In this document: positions 39,945 to 55,182 of the stretch, piece after piece
Numbering within the stretch: position 1 is the first letter of the stretch
How the letters are laid out: every line of letters starts with the position of its first letter
DNA from: Cercozoa sp. M6MM
Lineage: Eukaryota > Protista > Endomyxa: Ascetosporea
Strand: one strand, 5' to 3'
Assembly (NCBI GenBank): GCA_040357565.1
Contig: JBDODJ010000058.1
Length of the DNA stretch: 64,000 bases
Notes under the pieces: generated by a model
Told to the model about the DNA's origin: nothing
What the model saw: the letters and a program-made list of their open reading frames with translations, nothing else
Databases searched by the model: none
Program-made: the position numbers and the translations under genes

Positions 39945-40164
39945 CAAACAACACAGTACACACACCAAGACAGTGTGAGATAGTTTAAGGTCAAAAAGAA
40001 AATGGTCGATGTGGCTACAGAGTTTCTGGAAACGGAAGATAATTATACAAACTTCGTGATTACAGGAATCCAGTGTATCTATGCGTGTGTCGGTTTCATC
40101 TAACTATCGTTTTTAGGTTAAAACTGCCAGATTTGGTAGTTATATCCTGCATTCCGTTGTTAGA

Positions 40165-41498
40165 ATGCCGGTAAGTCACCAAAAGTGGCTTTTGTCGGCG
40201 CTGGGCGCTGTGATAGTTGCCTCGGTGACAGCGCACATGATGTGGAGGTGCATGCGGGCTGGATCCCCGCAGCCAACGGAGGAAGATGATGTTCCAGCAG
40301 CCCTCCAAGCTGCTTTCGACGTAAAGTCTTTCTGCGCCGATCGGAGTTATTATGTGTCACCATTTGTGTTGGCAGGAAGCCACCCGCAAGTTTCGCAGTC
40401 AGGACCACGAAGTTCTCCTTCGAGCATATGGTTTGTTTAAACGCGCCACCGTGGGTACGGTTGCTTCTAGTGAGTGTAGGTACATGCGATTATGTGACGC
40501 TCGTAGGTGTGCAAGTTCCTTCGGCATCGCTTTTGGACCTGCGAATGCAGACCAAGGTGTGTTTGTCTCTTTGAGTTTGAGAATATTGAGTGCTCTTTGC
40601 TGTGTGACCTGCAGTACAAAGCTTGGCGAGCAGCGTGTGAGCTTTCGAAAGAGGAAGCCATGCATAAGTACATCGAGCTCGCGCGTGAGCACAACAAAGA
40701 AAGTGTCGCCACCTTGCCAAAGCACCAGACAAACGCGCATCGGCAAAGCGATGGTTTTGTCGTGCAGTCACGTCCAGTGCTTGAGGAAGAAACTGCCGAG
40801 AGCAACGCCCCGGCCCTGATTCAGGAGTTGCAACACGAGGTATGTGCAACTGTTGTCACCAGTTATGACTGAACACGTGTTTTCGCAGAAAAACCACGCG
40901 ATCGAAATGCTCAAGAGCAACAGTTCGCTTCTCTTTGAGAGAGACGACAGCGACATGACAGCGTTGGTACTTGACTTCTTTGTCTGTGCGAGAACTCTGT
41001 TCGAAAACGGCCGGTGTAGCACTGGGCCGCCGATCGCAATGCCGTTGAATTCCTCAAAGTCGCTCTCGCCATCGATGAAGTTGACATTGATGTGAGCAAC
41101 GCGAATGGAGAGGTACGGAGCTGCTTGTGTTTCCTCCACTGAGGTCTTGAGGATTTTGTTTCATGCTGTAGACGCCGCTCTACATGGCCGCGTTCTGCGG
41201 ACACGCCGAATCTGTGCAGCTTCTGGTGGACGCAGGCGCTGATCCCCACAAGAAGAACAATGATGATGAGTCACCCGTTGATGTGGTAGGTTTTTGTGAA
41301 AGGTGAGACGATCCGAATCTCACTCAATTTGTTTAATCGCAGGGCAATCGCAAGTGCCGAAGTCTGATGTTGAGCCTTGACGAGATGACTAGCGAATATG
41401 CCATAGCGGACAGCGGTTCGCACACTTCACTCAGCGACGAATCTGACCTCGGTTTGAGCAGTGACGATGAGCTGCTTGTTAACTCGATCGGACGGTGA
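40165..41498 (+). CDS. acyl-CoA-binding domain protein with N-terminal TM and ankyrin repeats (ACBD6 / plant ACBP1-2-like)
   Basis: LLRAYGLFKRATVG, K|YKAWRAACELSKEEAMHKYIEL (ACB domain); MTAL|HWAADR and GE|TPLYMAAFCGHAESVQLLVDAGAD (ankyrin). Confidence 0.9.
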
Positions 41499-41559
41499 TG
41501 GAGCGGTCGTACGCTACCCCTCGCGTCGCTCGCGACCGAGTATGTTGATGTGAGATTGT

Positions 41560-42050
41560 TACCGCAGCCCTCTCAGATAGGGACCAGGCCTTGGTAAATT
41601 GAGGGTACTGTTACAGCATGAACTCCTGTATCCGCGCGGAAGCAACCCTACAACTTAAAAAAATCCTCAAAAGAGGTGTGGAAGATTTTGACGTGTGTTC
41701 GCTGGTATCCTGACCTACTGAGAGCTTCAGTCCAGACTGTGGAACACCTGTGTTTGAGTAGGGAAGCCTTGAGCAAGCTTTTTGCAGCTGAACTCAAAGA
41801 AGGTCTCTCTCTCGACCAGGTAATCTGATCTCTCCAGGACCAGTTGTCTTCGCTTCTACCTGTCCTCTGCCTTTCCAGAGGCCCTTCTTTTCTTTACTTC
41901 CAACTCAAGTACTTCTGAATCCTCACTACTCAGTTCTCACTACTCTACCAAACACAGGGTATGCCAAGCTAGGCAGCACTCAATTGTTAGGTTACCAGCT
42001 CTCAACCTTAGCAAAACACTCAATTCTTATTTGGCATGACTGATAGTTGC
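41560..42050 (-). mobile_element. possible decayed retroelement relic
   Basis: CpG-poor intergenic tract. The minus frame reads SVLLRLRAGNLTIE..., similar to LINE C-terminal regions, with several stops. Confidence 0.35.
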
Positions 42051-42851
42051 TTCCACGCGGAGCAAGTAGTCAGCCGAGTAGGTTGTTTGATGTTGACAGT
42101 AACATATTGATTAGTGTCACCTTCAAAAAGCGAGGGAGAGGAGCACCGGAGAGCGAGCCGGGGGGGGGGGGGGGCGACACAAACATTGAGCAACACCGAA
42201 ACACAAGAACGACCAAGAAAACGGAGTTCTTCCTCATCGTACTGGTTTCTTACTCTGGTTTTATTGGACATAAGAAGCGGGATGATTATGGTGCCACGAG
42301 GGATTCAAGGACATGGAAGAAGACTGTGACAGGCGAACCACCCCCAAAACGACAAACTGCGATGTGTCGACTGTAAATTTACAACTTCACAGCCGTATTA
42401 TCGTAATTTCTTTCTTCTCTTCGGTACTGTACTTATCATATGTTGGTGTGCTTGAATAGATGAACACAGCTTCACGGTGCTGACAGTTGAGCGACTCGGG
42501 CGGAACGAGGACTGCGCTGGTTTCGCGTCGGTCGTCGAGTTGGATTTTGCGTAGCCTTGAGACGATTCTAGTCGACTAAGGGTTTTCGCGCTTCCGACTC
42601 GTCTACGAGTTGATTGGGGGTTTGGAACTTATGAACGAGGTCATGTTCCACGCGGAGGACTTAATTCGATGACAGGTGAGAGAATAGTCGAGATCGACCA
42701 GCAATATAAATGTACTCTAGAAGTTGTACCACGGGGCCGATCATTGCGTTGGTAGGTCGTAGGACCGACTTTTCGCCCGGCTAAGTGAACGGGATCCGGC
42801 GGGTATTGGTCGATATCATCAACATCGATAGTCGAATACGAGGTTCCGGCT

Positions 42852-43555
42852 TCACTGGGGAAGTGACGTCCGCGCACGACGACGGAAACGACGACGCGAA
42901 CGTTGCTGTCGACAGCGCTGCTGCGCGCGACCGTTGACGGCAGAGTTGCTGTTGTTGTCATTTTTGTCCCTGTAAGTGCTGTCAGTAGCATCCAACTTGG
43001 GTGCGCTTCTTTCTGTCTACAATACACGTGAGGTCAACAAGCACGCAATTAAAAACGGCAAAAAGTACCTTCGGCAAATAAACTGACTCGTCCTCTACTT
43101 CAACAAGGCAATGATACACGTTGTGTGTCATACAGGCAATGTACCGTCAAGTGAATCTTGCACAACTTCTTCTTCACTTTCGCTGTCGCCATCTGTTGAT
43201 TTACGCATGCATACACATACAGAACCGCACAGACATACAGATACAGACACAGACACAGACACACAGACACAGACACAGTAGAATACCTAAAGGTAAGGAA
43301 GCAGGCTCCTGCATCCGCGAACGCGCTTGCTCCTGCGTTATGCACAGATGAACAGGCAAGCATACACAGAGACAGACTTTAACACCATTTCACGGGCGTA
43401 GATGTTTCGACCTCGATCGATTATTGCACGCACCTAACATCAAGGGGTTAAGTCCGCACACCTCAGTTGGTTGGGCCACATACCTCGGGCACAGCGCCAT
43501 GGGTTGCAAAGTAATCACGGTAGCTACAGCACAAAAGGGAGTAACATGACCATTA

Positions 43556-43604
<49 letters not shown>

Positions 43605-43614
43605 NNNNNNNNNN

Positions 43615-43662
<48 letters not shown>

Positions 43663-44320
43663 AGGCACCGTTGTAACATCGACCGCAGGCGATCCAGAAA
43701 ACGCAGACGGAAGCTCTGACGACGATGCCATTCTCTCTGTAGGCACGCACGTCAAGACACCAGGAATAAGGAGGATAAAATCACATCTGAGACATACGTG
43801 GTAGCACACGAGGGCGTGACATTGAGGTTCCGTCAGTTGCATTGACAACGCTGCGCGTGGAAGTGCACATAAGATGTGCATGACTCAGATATCACTTCTG
43901 AGTAAACGATACCGATGCGCATCCGTCTCGCCTGCGCCACTCCCTCGTGCTGAAGCAACCAAAAGCCACACACACGCACACACATACACACATACACACA
44001 CGCACAGAGTAGCAACAGAAGTGGGGGACGTACATGCAAAAGACGTCGCAATTCAGAGACATGTCGGCGCAGCTGGTCCTGCGTCGCCAAGGCATCCAGC
44101 ACGTCCTGCACAGTGATGCACAAGCAGGGTGCGTGTGCGTGTATGCAGAGAGGATAAGTACCTGAAGAGTGGGCACAGGCATGACATTGCACAACTCCTC
44201 GAGCGTCAACTCTACAAACACACATGTGAGATGCAACCCGCAGAAAAGCCAAATCTGTTAAACACGAGTACCCTTCGCGTTAGTGACAGGAGGCGGCGTC
44301 TCGGGCTCAAATCGCGACTG

Positions 44321-44368
<48 letters not shown>

Positions 44369-44378
44369 NNNNNNNNNN

Positions 44379-44428
<50 letters not shown>

Positions 44429-44777
44429 ACAGAAAAGCCATGTGCACCTGTTTGAAGCGCTGCATATCTGACATCTCTTCCTACAGACACACACACGTGT
44501 GCATTAAGGTGCAGCAGCAGCAAAATGCACACGCATTGAAAATCCAAACGTACAGTTGGAGGACTATCATCAGCAAGGTCATGTGAGAACAGATCAGCCG
44601 GATGCGTCCTGTATATGCACCGCATACACCCACATACATACACGAAAAGGTACCCATGCATATCGGCCGGTCTCGATCGGCATTGACTGGCAGGCAAGGC
44701 AGACGTCGCACGCTCTCCAGCAGACGCAACGGACAGTGCCGAGCCTGAGTCGTTCTCATCATCGCCAAAGTTGGCCT

Positions 44778-44814
<37 letters not shown>

Positions 44815-44817
44815 ACA

Positions 44818-44866
<49 letters not shown>

Positions 44867-45086
44867 CCTACATACACAAACACAAGAACACATACGCGTA
44901 CCATATCGTCGGCAGAGGAGGCGTCCATTTCGCGCGTCACATCGCCGCACGTGCGCTTGTGCGACCTATGACCGCAATTAAACAGTCATGAACTTGTGTG
45001 CACCAACATACATGCATACCACGGACGTGAAACTTGCTTTAGTTGCACTGGCCGGCCATCAAGCACACGCTATATTGCATAGATAT

Positions 45087-45137
<51 letters not shown>

Positions 45138-47302
45138 GAGCTTGTTGCCCCAGGTGACAAGAAAGCAATCATAACAAGCTCTAGCGGGCACAGATACCTG
45201 CAAGCGCATGAGCGCACGCAGCACGCGATGGGCGGCAACGTCGACGTTACTCAAACCGTGAGGGCCACGCTTGACCACATTGGCCTACGAAGGTGTGAAT
45301 GTACGCACACAATACACAGGCACATGCAAGCACACGAACACGTACATGCGCTGGAAACAAGAGAATACAGTGCTGCTGAAATCGTCAATATCGCCACCGA
45401 TATCGAAATCACCATCTTCCACGTCGTATTGTTTCTGATGAGCGAGCGAAAAACAAGCACGTGGTGCCGAGACACGATTATGTACAAGCAAGGTACCCTC
45501 GTTTGCTCGTCCATTGGATCGGGGGCGTCCAGAGCCGCAGGCACGCCCATGTCCTCCACACTTCCTGAGCGAGGTGTGTATGGAGGTTGTTGCAGCAACG
45601 TCAAAAAACGAAAGAGTACCGGCCTCTTTCGCACGCACTGACGCCAGCAACAGCGAGTGTCGCAACTCGGCACGCAAACGCATCCACCTGTGCTTGCGTG
45701 AGTAAATCCGATGCCACACACAAACACACAAACACACAGACACACAGACACAGACACACCTCCTGACGTCGAGGAGACAGTGCTGAGGCTGCAGCAGCAG
45801 CGTCAGTTGCTTGCGCAGCTATGGAAAAAAGATATGGGAGAACAAGCACACGGGAAACTTGTACTTGTGCGCACCTCTGCGCGGTCCCTCTTTGCACTGG
45901 GCGAGTGCACTGGAGTGCTCTGCACACATATACATACACATACACATACACATAAAAACACACAACACACACACAGAAACACAGAGAAACATACACAAAC
46001 ACAGGCACAGGCACACACAAACACAGACATAAACACAAACACAAACACAGACACAGAAACAGCATGCGAATGAGACTGTACCACAGTAGGGTCGCCAGCC
46101 ACAGCAAGAGCGATGAGCGCAGCGGCTTCGAGCATCTCGTTCAGCGGCGGGCCCGATTCGTTCTCTACACGGACGCACATACCAGCAGCAGACGGCAGAC
46201 GCATTTTGACTCCTGCAAGGTTACCACGTGCGTGGACGTCGTCGACAACAGGCAGCGACAGATGCTTCTGCGCGTCCTGCAACACACACATACACACACA
46301 CACACACATGACAGAAGCATCCGACAACACATAGAGGTAGTACCGGGTGCAACAGGTCAGACACCTGTCGCGACGGCGCAAAAGATCGTCCCCGTAGCAT
46401 TGCTTGTACACCTCTGCACATGCACACAAATACAGGCGGGTAACACGTGTACCCCATTAAAGCAGCATAAAAGGAGACCGTGTTGCAAAGAAAAGCAAGA
46501 TGGGCAACAGTCCAAGATGACCCAGGTGCTTTCGCAGATCATTGTTGCCTGCAAGATACAGACATCAACAGCACAGGCTTCATCCAGACACCACTTACCG
46601 CCATGCACGGCATTGCAGACGCACCTGAGTACACAGAAACGGCAAACGCATACAGGCACAGGCACAGCGCAGGCACAGACACGAACAGATCGGCAGTACC
46701 AGAGTGCCTCGCGCACCACCTCTGGCTGCACACGCTCTGGCACGTTCTTTGTCTGCACAAGCACGCAAGAAAACTCGAGAATGTTTCAAGCAAAAGCAAA
46801 TGCAAGCGGTAAACTACCTTCAATCGACCCTTTTTGCTCTGCCTCGCTTTGCGTCGGCGTTGCTGTCGCGAAAGCTTCTTTGGTTCCTCTGCAATGACAG
46901 GATTTTTGCTTGCATCGGCAAAAAAAGGACTCGGGTTATACCAGGTGCGTACGCAAGTGAGTCGGGCCGCACACCTGCAGGTCAGGCACAACACGTAACA
47001 AACAGACACACACACACACTCACAAAATGGCTGGGCACCACTCTGCGAACGAAGTGACTTGGCGAGCCGCAGTAAGCCCACCACCTCCGACAGCACCCCT
47101 GCGCATGCAAAGACGTAAGTGTGTGCGTATGTATGTATGTGTGTGTGTGCGTGTGTGCGTGCGCGCGCGCGCGCGTGTGTGTGTGGGTGTGTCACTAACC
47201 ACTCTGAGCGACTGTGGCAACATGTAACGAAGTGCCAGCCAACACGTTTGAAAGCGCAAACAACGCATCCCTGCGTCTGGTTCCTGTACACGCACACAAA
47301 CA

Positions 47303-47352
<50 letters not shown>

Positions 47353-47362
47353 NNNNNNNNNN

Positions 47363-47414
<52 letters not shown>

Positions 47415-48459
47415 GGCATGGCAATTTAGCACAGACCGACAGCTTCAGCTACCTTCGCACTGAACGACAGCTTCAGCCAGCACGGGCACTGCCCCTGTGA
47501 GCACACACAACATTTAGGCGATTTTGCGTCTGCACGAGCACTGTTACTGTTGAGCATACCAGCATCCACGACAGCCTGCGTGTGTCGGTGCTCGCCGCTC
47601 GCGATGGCACCCAACGCACGCAGTACCTGGGAAGCACAGGCAAGCCACCGTCAGGAACAACACACTAGGAACCAGATGAACATACCGGGGTGAAAGACAG
47701 GCGATGCCTGCAATTAGACACCGGAGTTACGAACTTCACGAAGCGTCTTGTCAGGTCCACACTGAGATGGCAGGGGTGAGGGGTAAAGAGGGTATGGGGG
47801 CACACGTACATATGTTTGTACACATGTGCAATAGGTTACTGTACCCAAGTTCGGAAGCCCAGCGCAGAATGAGGTCAATGTCCTCGTTCGGTCCGTCCAA
47901 AGGGTAGGACAGCGTCCAGCACAAGTCGGCTTGAACCTGAACAAACGAAAACTCCACCACATCAAAGATAGGCGTATGCTGGGTCAACAAATCACCTCAT
48001 CAGCAGACGCACTCGCATCTGGACCTAGGCGCAAAAGAAAGGTTGACACAGACACAGATACAGACACAGACACAGATACAGACACAGATGCAGAAAGCAA
48101 GGAATACCAGAGGGCGAGGAGTCACTGCGCGAACGAGCGCCATGCGTGCGTTCTGCTGGCCAGTTCGCCCACCTGTACGCATTCACTCAAATGGAGGGAC
48201 ACAATAGGCCGGTTTGAAAGACAAAGTACACTCGAATGACATGTCGCAACAGTGACTCAAAACGGCGGAGGTCCGGCAGCGGTTTTGCGCGTGTCAGGTT
48301 GCTCGCGCACCTTCACAACAGCACAGGGTATATAGACCCATAGTATAGACGGCCAGCGACGCGGATACCATGCCGCGGTGCGCACAGTGTTGAACAAAAA
48401 GCTGTCTGCATGCGCCAGCACATAAGTCACACCGTCGACGACCTACATACACACACACA

Positions 48460-48524
<65 letters not shown>

Positions 48525-49007
48525 CAGAACACAAAGATAGGCACATATGCAAGTACCTCCTTGTTGGAAAACACAATGTCTCGCATCTCAGCGCACTGCA
48601 AAAACGGGGGGGGGGGGGTATGAGTGCGGTAGAACAAGGTGTAAATGATGTACGTCGCCAGCGATGTTGCCGAGTGCCCAGATGATTTGCTCCAACAGCG
48701 CCTCGTTCGGCACGTTCATCAGTTTCGATAGTGCCTGAGCAACAGGAGTTGTACCATTAGGTTGAACAGCAGATGCAAAATCAAGGAGCACCTCCAAGGC
48801 CCCACTTTCCACGATATGACGCACGTGTGCCTATGACGCTCTATAAACAAACAGAGCCGAGTTAGGGCAGACACAGTTACGGCAGATCCCGACGCGATAT
48901 TAGTCAGTCCCCATACAGCCTCGAACACCACCTGTATGCACACAAACAGAGACGACCGTGTGGACATTGCACACGTGTGCGTGTGCGTGTGTGTGCGTTG
49001 TGCGTGC

Positions 49008-49058
<51 letters not shown>

Positions 49059-49068
49059 NNNNNNNNNN

Positions 49069-49118
<50 letters not shown>

Positions 49119-50078
49119 CTTGGACTTGGAATTGCTGATCTGTAGCTGTGACGGGTTTTTCACGCACGCCAATTTGACGAGAGGTGCGATCGCTCCAGCC
49201 TGGATAGCCTCCTCGATCGGCGGACATCTGCATGCAACAGGCATCGCATGCATACATGGCAAACATACACGTGATACTCCACACGTGATACTCGAGTACG
49301 AGGAATACCTTTCAGTGGAAAGCAATTTTCGCAAACACTGCGCTGCGTACTGTCGCGTTGCGTCGTTTCGTTTCCCGCCCGTCAAAGTTGCTGCACTCGA
49401 GTCAAATGAACTGAATCAAGGTCAAAATCACGCGCAAGAGAAGCGACGCGTACATACAAGCGGACGAAGCGTTGCAACTCGCTGTGGTGTCTGAAGCACC
49501 CAGAACTTCTCGTTCACCTCATGAACCTGCCCTCATTGAAAAGAACACATGAAAAACAGCAAGATCAACGATTATATCTTACCATCGCTTTGACATCAGC
49601 GTCAACTGCCGACAGCGTCAGTGCCTGTCCAGACGCAGATAAAACACAGATAAAAAGGCACACAGGCAAACAGGCACACAGGCACAGGCGCACAGGCATA
49701 CAGGCAATAATCAAACATACGGTAAGACGTTGGACATCCTGATCGACACCCTGCTGGATGTCTACGGTCGACCAGCGCATCCGCGCGGATGGCAAAAATC
49801 ACGAGCAAGCGGATTAAAGTTGGGCTTTCGTAGTTTTCGAGAGCTCACTGTGCTAGATATCGCACTGCGAACCCAAAGGCACTATTGCACACGCCTGCGG
49901 GGATTATGGCCACTGGATGATGCAGACGTCGCACTCTTAACAACGTGCAACGCAATTTCTGGATTTGCGGTGTGGCGTCAACAGATGTACTATAGTCACG
50001 TGCAGATTCTGTGTAGCACGACGTTTTGTGCTTGATTTTGTCGTTGAGGCATGCTTGCCAAGGGGACCAATTTGTCAT
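42852..50078 (-). CDS. divergent importin-alpha-like ARM protein with large insertions (start codon uncertain)
   Basis: QCLRKLLSTER|CPPIEEAIQAG, FEAVWGLTNIASG, EQIIWALGNIAGD, DLCWTLSY, DALFALSNVLAG, REALW|CVCNAVHG|GNN. Exons could be followed downstream to ...RRRFRRRARTSLPQ* (TGA 42852-42854); one junction near 45000-45190 is unresolved. Confidence 0.8.
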
Positions 50079-50319
50079 CGATCTTGCCAGACGACCCGCT
50101 CAGAAGGGTGAAAACCGCATTTAGTTGCTTGATCATTGTGACTCTGCGCACGTTGATAATTGATTACGTTGGCAGACTTTATCGCCATTCGCCGCTGCGC
50201 TGGTCGACGAATTTGACACGCTGAAATTACTTGTGGACGAAGTGCACGATCGGTATCTTACACTTCTGCTCGAATTAAAATAAAATCGCTAAGTATCTCG
50301 TGTAAGTAGTCACGCATTA

Positions 50320-52332
50320 GCACGAAACGTCGCTGCGAGACGTCTGTGTGCCGACGCTTTGCGACGTTTGCGCCGACCATGCCTGTACTGTCCAAGTATA
50401 TTAGATGCGACATCTGGGTACCATGCCTGTCTGCCCTTATGTACAGAGATGCACGCCGGCTTGTTGACAAGTTTCGAGGCACGAAGTCATGGATGTCCCT
50501 TGTAGCTTTTACAAGCTGTCTTCTGTTTGTTCTCTGTGGCCCGTGTATGTGTTTAATCCCTCAGAACTATGCGGCAGAGACAAACAGGAACGAGTGGGGA
50601 AGACACTGGCGACAGCTGCAACACCGCCATGGTATCTTCAGAGTTGAATCGTGGACGTATTATACTTCTGGATTTGCACTTGCTCAGGAGTGGGCGCCGG
50701 CGTGCAGTTGCTAAGCGCTTGTGTGCAGTTGCTGCGACAGACACACCTTATCGAGGAACCTACCGGTGTGTTTAGCCTATGCTTGCAGTTTTGCCCGAAG
50801 GTAGGTGCGCTTCAGGCAACGGTGACGACCCGTTTGTGCAACCGGCGCTCCCGCTTCGCAGCTACACGAAAACAACTTCTTTTTTCAAAGACGTCGGTGC
50901 CGATTTTGCCAGTGTGTCTCATTTTTACGTTATGTCGAAAGAGATTATCTGTCTTGTGTGCACCTATGCGTGGGTGCGCAGACACTCCATCGACTTCCTT
51001 TGTGGCTCGGTTGACGCGTCGCTGCGAATTGTTGTTTCTCCGTGTGGTGTGCAATGTCGTGCGAGGCGATATACACGCGCGTAGCTTGCTCGTTGTTACT
51101 TTTTTGTTATATTGTGTGTATCTGATAATTTTTGTAGTACAAACGGCGGACGTTGTGCGTTTCGTGCGTGACGACGCCGACGACGATTTCGATCTCGCTG
51201 GACGCCGGCGACGCCATGTCAATGTAGAACAGCGTGGTGTGTGTGTGTGTGTGTGTGTGTGTGATGCAAGGAGATATGCGCAGGAAGAGTCGCAGTTACC
51301 CCCGACTTCAGCACATTTTGTGCGAGCGTCCTTTCTTGTATGAATTTTCATTTTGACGCCGTGTGCTTCTCGGTATGTTATGACTTTGATTGTGCAGGAC
51401 GAGAGCACATGGCAACGACTGGACTACTGTGCTGATGCTGCGATTCTCCTACGACGTGCATATCTTGTACTGAATTTCCTCTGGATCGCGTTTTGTTATG
51501 CAAACAGGAGTGATAAAACGCGCATTTTCAGCAACATGAGTGTCAAACTGAGCGTCAAAGAAAACGTCTGTCAGACGCGACGGCGATTTTTGCTCCGCAA
51601 TTCTGTCACGACGACACCGATCAAGAGGTTTCCTCAAACCGCTTTAAAGTCGTTTATCACGTTGTACTTGCGATGTGCTCAGCTCTCGGACAAACTGTCT
51701 CAATTTGCTGCATCAGGTACTTTCTCTGAGGGTTATGATGTGCGCAGCACATCTGCTACTGATGCCTGCTTATTGGCAACTTAGGTTCGAGATTGTGGAC
51801 TGCGGAATTCGCACTGTTGGTAAAAGACGGTTGATGACTAGTGCGTGTTTGATTAGGTTATGCAAACTGACGGCAGGTCAAGCACCTGCATGAGAGAGTA
51901 TCACAGCGCGTGTTTCGCTTCGTTTCGCAGCACGGACGATTTACGCAGTTTCTGCACGCATTGCGAGATGGTGTTCTCTTGCATCGAGTACCTTAGTCCC
52001 TTTACTTTGTGTTTCTCTAGTAAGGCGTGCTGCGTGTGTAGGAAAATGTGGCAGAGAAAGTTACGCAATGGTTGGCGCGGGCGCCGTTGCAACGTTACAG
52101 TGGAAGCGACAACAGTGACAACACCTCCACGAACTATGACCAAACACAAAAAACCCTCGACGGTGTCGCCGACACTATTTGGAGAAGAGTGGTGTGTGTA
52201 CATGATATCATGGTACACAACACAATTGTAAAGTACGTAGGTCGACGATGTGATGGAAGAAAGTAATAGCGTTAGACAAAGAGATTCATACGATGAACCT
52301 GAGGTAACACCACACGCATACACACGCACGCA

Positions 52333-52389
<57 letters not shown>

Positions 52390-52768
52390 CAACACCGCGT
52401 ATCCTCGGCGTAGAGTTTACGCCAGTGTCTTGATTTCGTTCATTTTGAACTCCGCGCGGTTTGTGTTGGTACACTCTGACACGTGTCTCAAGATTGACTC
52501 TGTCACAAGCAACGGTGCAACATGTAGACAAAAAAGAAAGCGACTCATTTGGAGAAATCGGGGGGCCCAGCCACCAACAACAGCAGCAGGGCAGCAAATC
52601 TATCTCGCCTCTCGACCTATCGCTCACTCCTACGGTATTTACTTAAACTGCATCTTGTGCGATCAGGCCTCTAGTATCATGTGTAGGACACGGAAGGGGT
52701 AGCTGTCTGCGCTATGCTTTCACTCCAGCGACGGTTTCTTGTTACTTCAACTGTGACTGCGCGCGCGC

Positions 52769-52802
<34 letters not shown>

Positions 52803-53924
52803 ATTTCCTTGTATTTAGAGCTTTATCACCGCCCCTTCGCCGGCTTTTGGATGCTCGAGCAAATGCCGTTCTCAGGTACTCTCGCCTTAGTTTAACTCTC
52901 AGTGTGCTTGCATTGAGCGCAGAGTCTTGTCGCAGTTTATCCTCTCGCTTCGACTAGGTATCGAGTGCCTGGTTGGCTTGTATACAGGTTTCTCTGCATG
53001 TATCTGATAGCGACACACACGCTGACGCAACGTTGGCTCCACTTGCGCCGAACGAATTATCTTCCTGTGCTTTGGGTTGTCTTTAAGTCGATCAACAAGG
53101 GTGGTGAAATTTTTGTTGTGCTTGTACCAGGCGCACCAACAAAGTGTGGTTGTAGCGACGTTGCGCGCCGCCACGCAGCGGCTGCTTCACTTCATTCATC
53201 AAGTACGCATGGATGAGTGGTATATCTGTAATTCAGTGCATCTTTTTGTTTGAATGAAGGACGTTGCGTCGGAGGCATTGACCGCCTTTGTCGACGCCGC
53301 AAATACCGCGAGTGACTGGATCCACGTTCAAGTTGCGGTATGTTTCACGTACTTCATCAGCTAAAGCATCATAACTATGCTTTGTGTTTCTAGTTTCGAA
53401 AGTGCATCGGTCGTGTCGCTGCTCGGAGCTTTGTCTTTCGTGGAAGGTGCTTGTTGTCTGCCATGTATGCAAAAGCCGCGTCACTGTGATTCTGTAGATG
53501 GAGAAAGGCACTTGGTCGTCTCGTGCGTTTGTCTCTCCGTGTTGGCAGCACTGATACCGGGAACTGCGAATACCAGCGCCTTCAGGTAGTGCAGTGCATT
53601 GAACAGTTGCGACTCTTTCTGCTGCGGCAACTGCGCGATGGTATCTTCGTTTGAGACGTGCATTCGGTAATATCGGGTGTGCTTTTTGGTTCAAGGATCG
53701 GGTGCGGTTGACGATCGGCCGCATGCACGCATGCTTGCTGTCTTGGCCGATGATTTACGCTTTGGGTATAGCGCGAAAGTATCTGTTCTCTTGCTGTCGT
53801 TGATGTAGTGTATGCACACAGAGGCACGCAGCAAAATGAGTCATCGGGTTTGAGTGATTCAAGTCCCGGGTTAGAGCGCGGACATTCTCCATATTATCAG
53901 TTGCAACAACACGCCGACTTGTGA
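50320..53924 (+). CDS. multi-exon hypothetical protein (boundaries approximate)
   Basis: In-frame GT-AG exon chain, for example SRLWTAEFALL|VKHLHERVSQ...LHR|ENVAEKVTQWLAR. No family recognised. Confidence 0.45.
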
Positions 53925-53999
53925 ACAGATCTTGATGCCGAGCATCTAAAAGTCAATGTTGGTGCGATTCGATAATTTGAACCTGAACTGCCGCCCCTC

Positions 54000-54420
54000 C
54001 CGACGGTACTGTCCTGCGTGTCAGCTACTGTACGGCCGCGGGCAGTATTTAGAGAGCTGTTCCAGACTGACTCAGATTATGCAGTCTCCGCGGGGATGAA
54101 CCCAGACAGACCAGTCGATCTCCTATCATAGGCTTTCAGACAGGTCCAGTCGCAGCTCTGAGCCACAAACTCTTAAAGCTGGTCAGTTGCTCTGCAGTTT
54201 GTACTGATATCCACCTCTACAAGTAAGCATTGGTTGCTGTAGAGAGAAGGTTTTTTTAATCTTCTCACGATTTTCCCCATGATGGAAGATTCCGTCTACA
54301 ACTCCGTCTAGTTTGACGTAAGAACCCAGTTGGGGTAATCGTGTTACTGCGGCTCAATGGCCCACCCTGTCTCAAACTTGTTTGAGACATAGATTATGAC
54401 CTCCACGCGGACGGGTCAGA
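54000..54420 (-). mobile_element. possible decayed RT/LINE relic
   Basis: Intergenic and compositionally distinct. Minus-strand DYP/LGSYVKLDG weakly resembles RT motif 7 (YxYLG). Stops present. Confidence 0.3.
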
Positions 54421-54666
54421 GCAATGACTACCGAAAATGTGCAGTAACAATCGAATTCTTCACTTCGCTTCTACAAACTGAAATCATTGATTCCGTTCCC
54501 TCGCTTCGTCTGAGTCGTTGTCTTCACTAAAAGTGACAATCTCACAATCAACAGTTTAGTTCTTCGTTCATATCTACGCTACGCAAACCTTTAGGTCAAG
54601 TCACGTCATCCGGTCTCACGGCTCCAGGGCGAGTACCAGTACCAGTACCAACCAACGACGTCCGCA

Positions 54667-55075
54667 TCAACGCAGCCAGTTGCGACAGTTATTTGCGCCA
54701 CAACCGCACCTGACTTCGTGTCTACGAATGAATATGAAGCTGCAAAGAAAACGGAGTTATGGGCGAAAAAAATCAACGTACTGCACGGGGTAGTTGTACG
54801 ACACGGTGAGTTCTTCACCTCGCATAATGTCCCTCCTATTCGAAAGCCAGGTATGACAACAAGGAGGAGAAAAAAGCCAAATTTACAACGCAAAGTAGGC
54901 CACATGCACGCGTGAGCACACCTGTTCCTCTTCCTGGTCGTCTTCGTCCTCGACAGGCTATGAGGAGTGCAGTAGGCTCAACGATCACAGATTTTTTAAA
55001 TACCTGCACGAACTGGAAGTAGACGACACGACAATTTGGTGAACAGCTGTGGTTTACCATGCGAACGACTCCACC

Positions 55076-55124
<49 letters not shown>

Positions 55125-55134
55125 NNNNNNNNNN

Positions 55135-55182
<48 letters not shown>

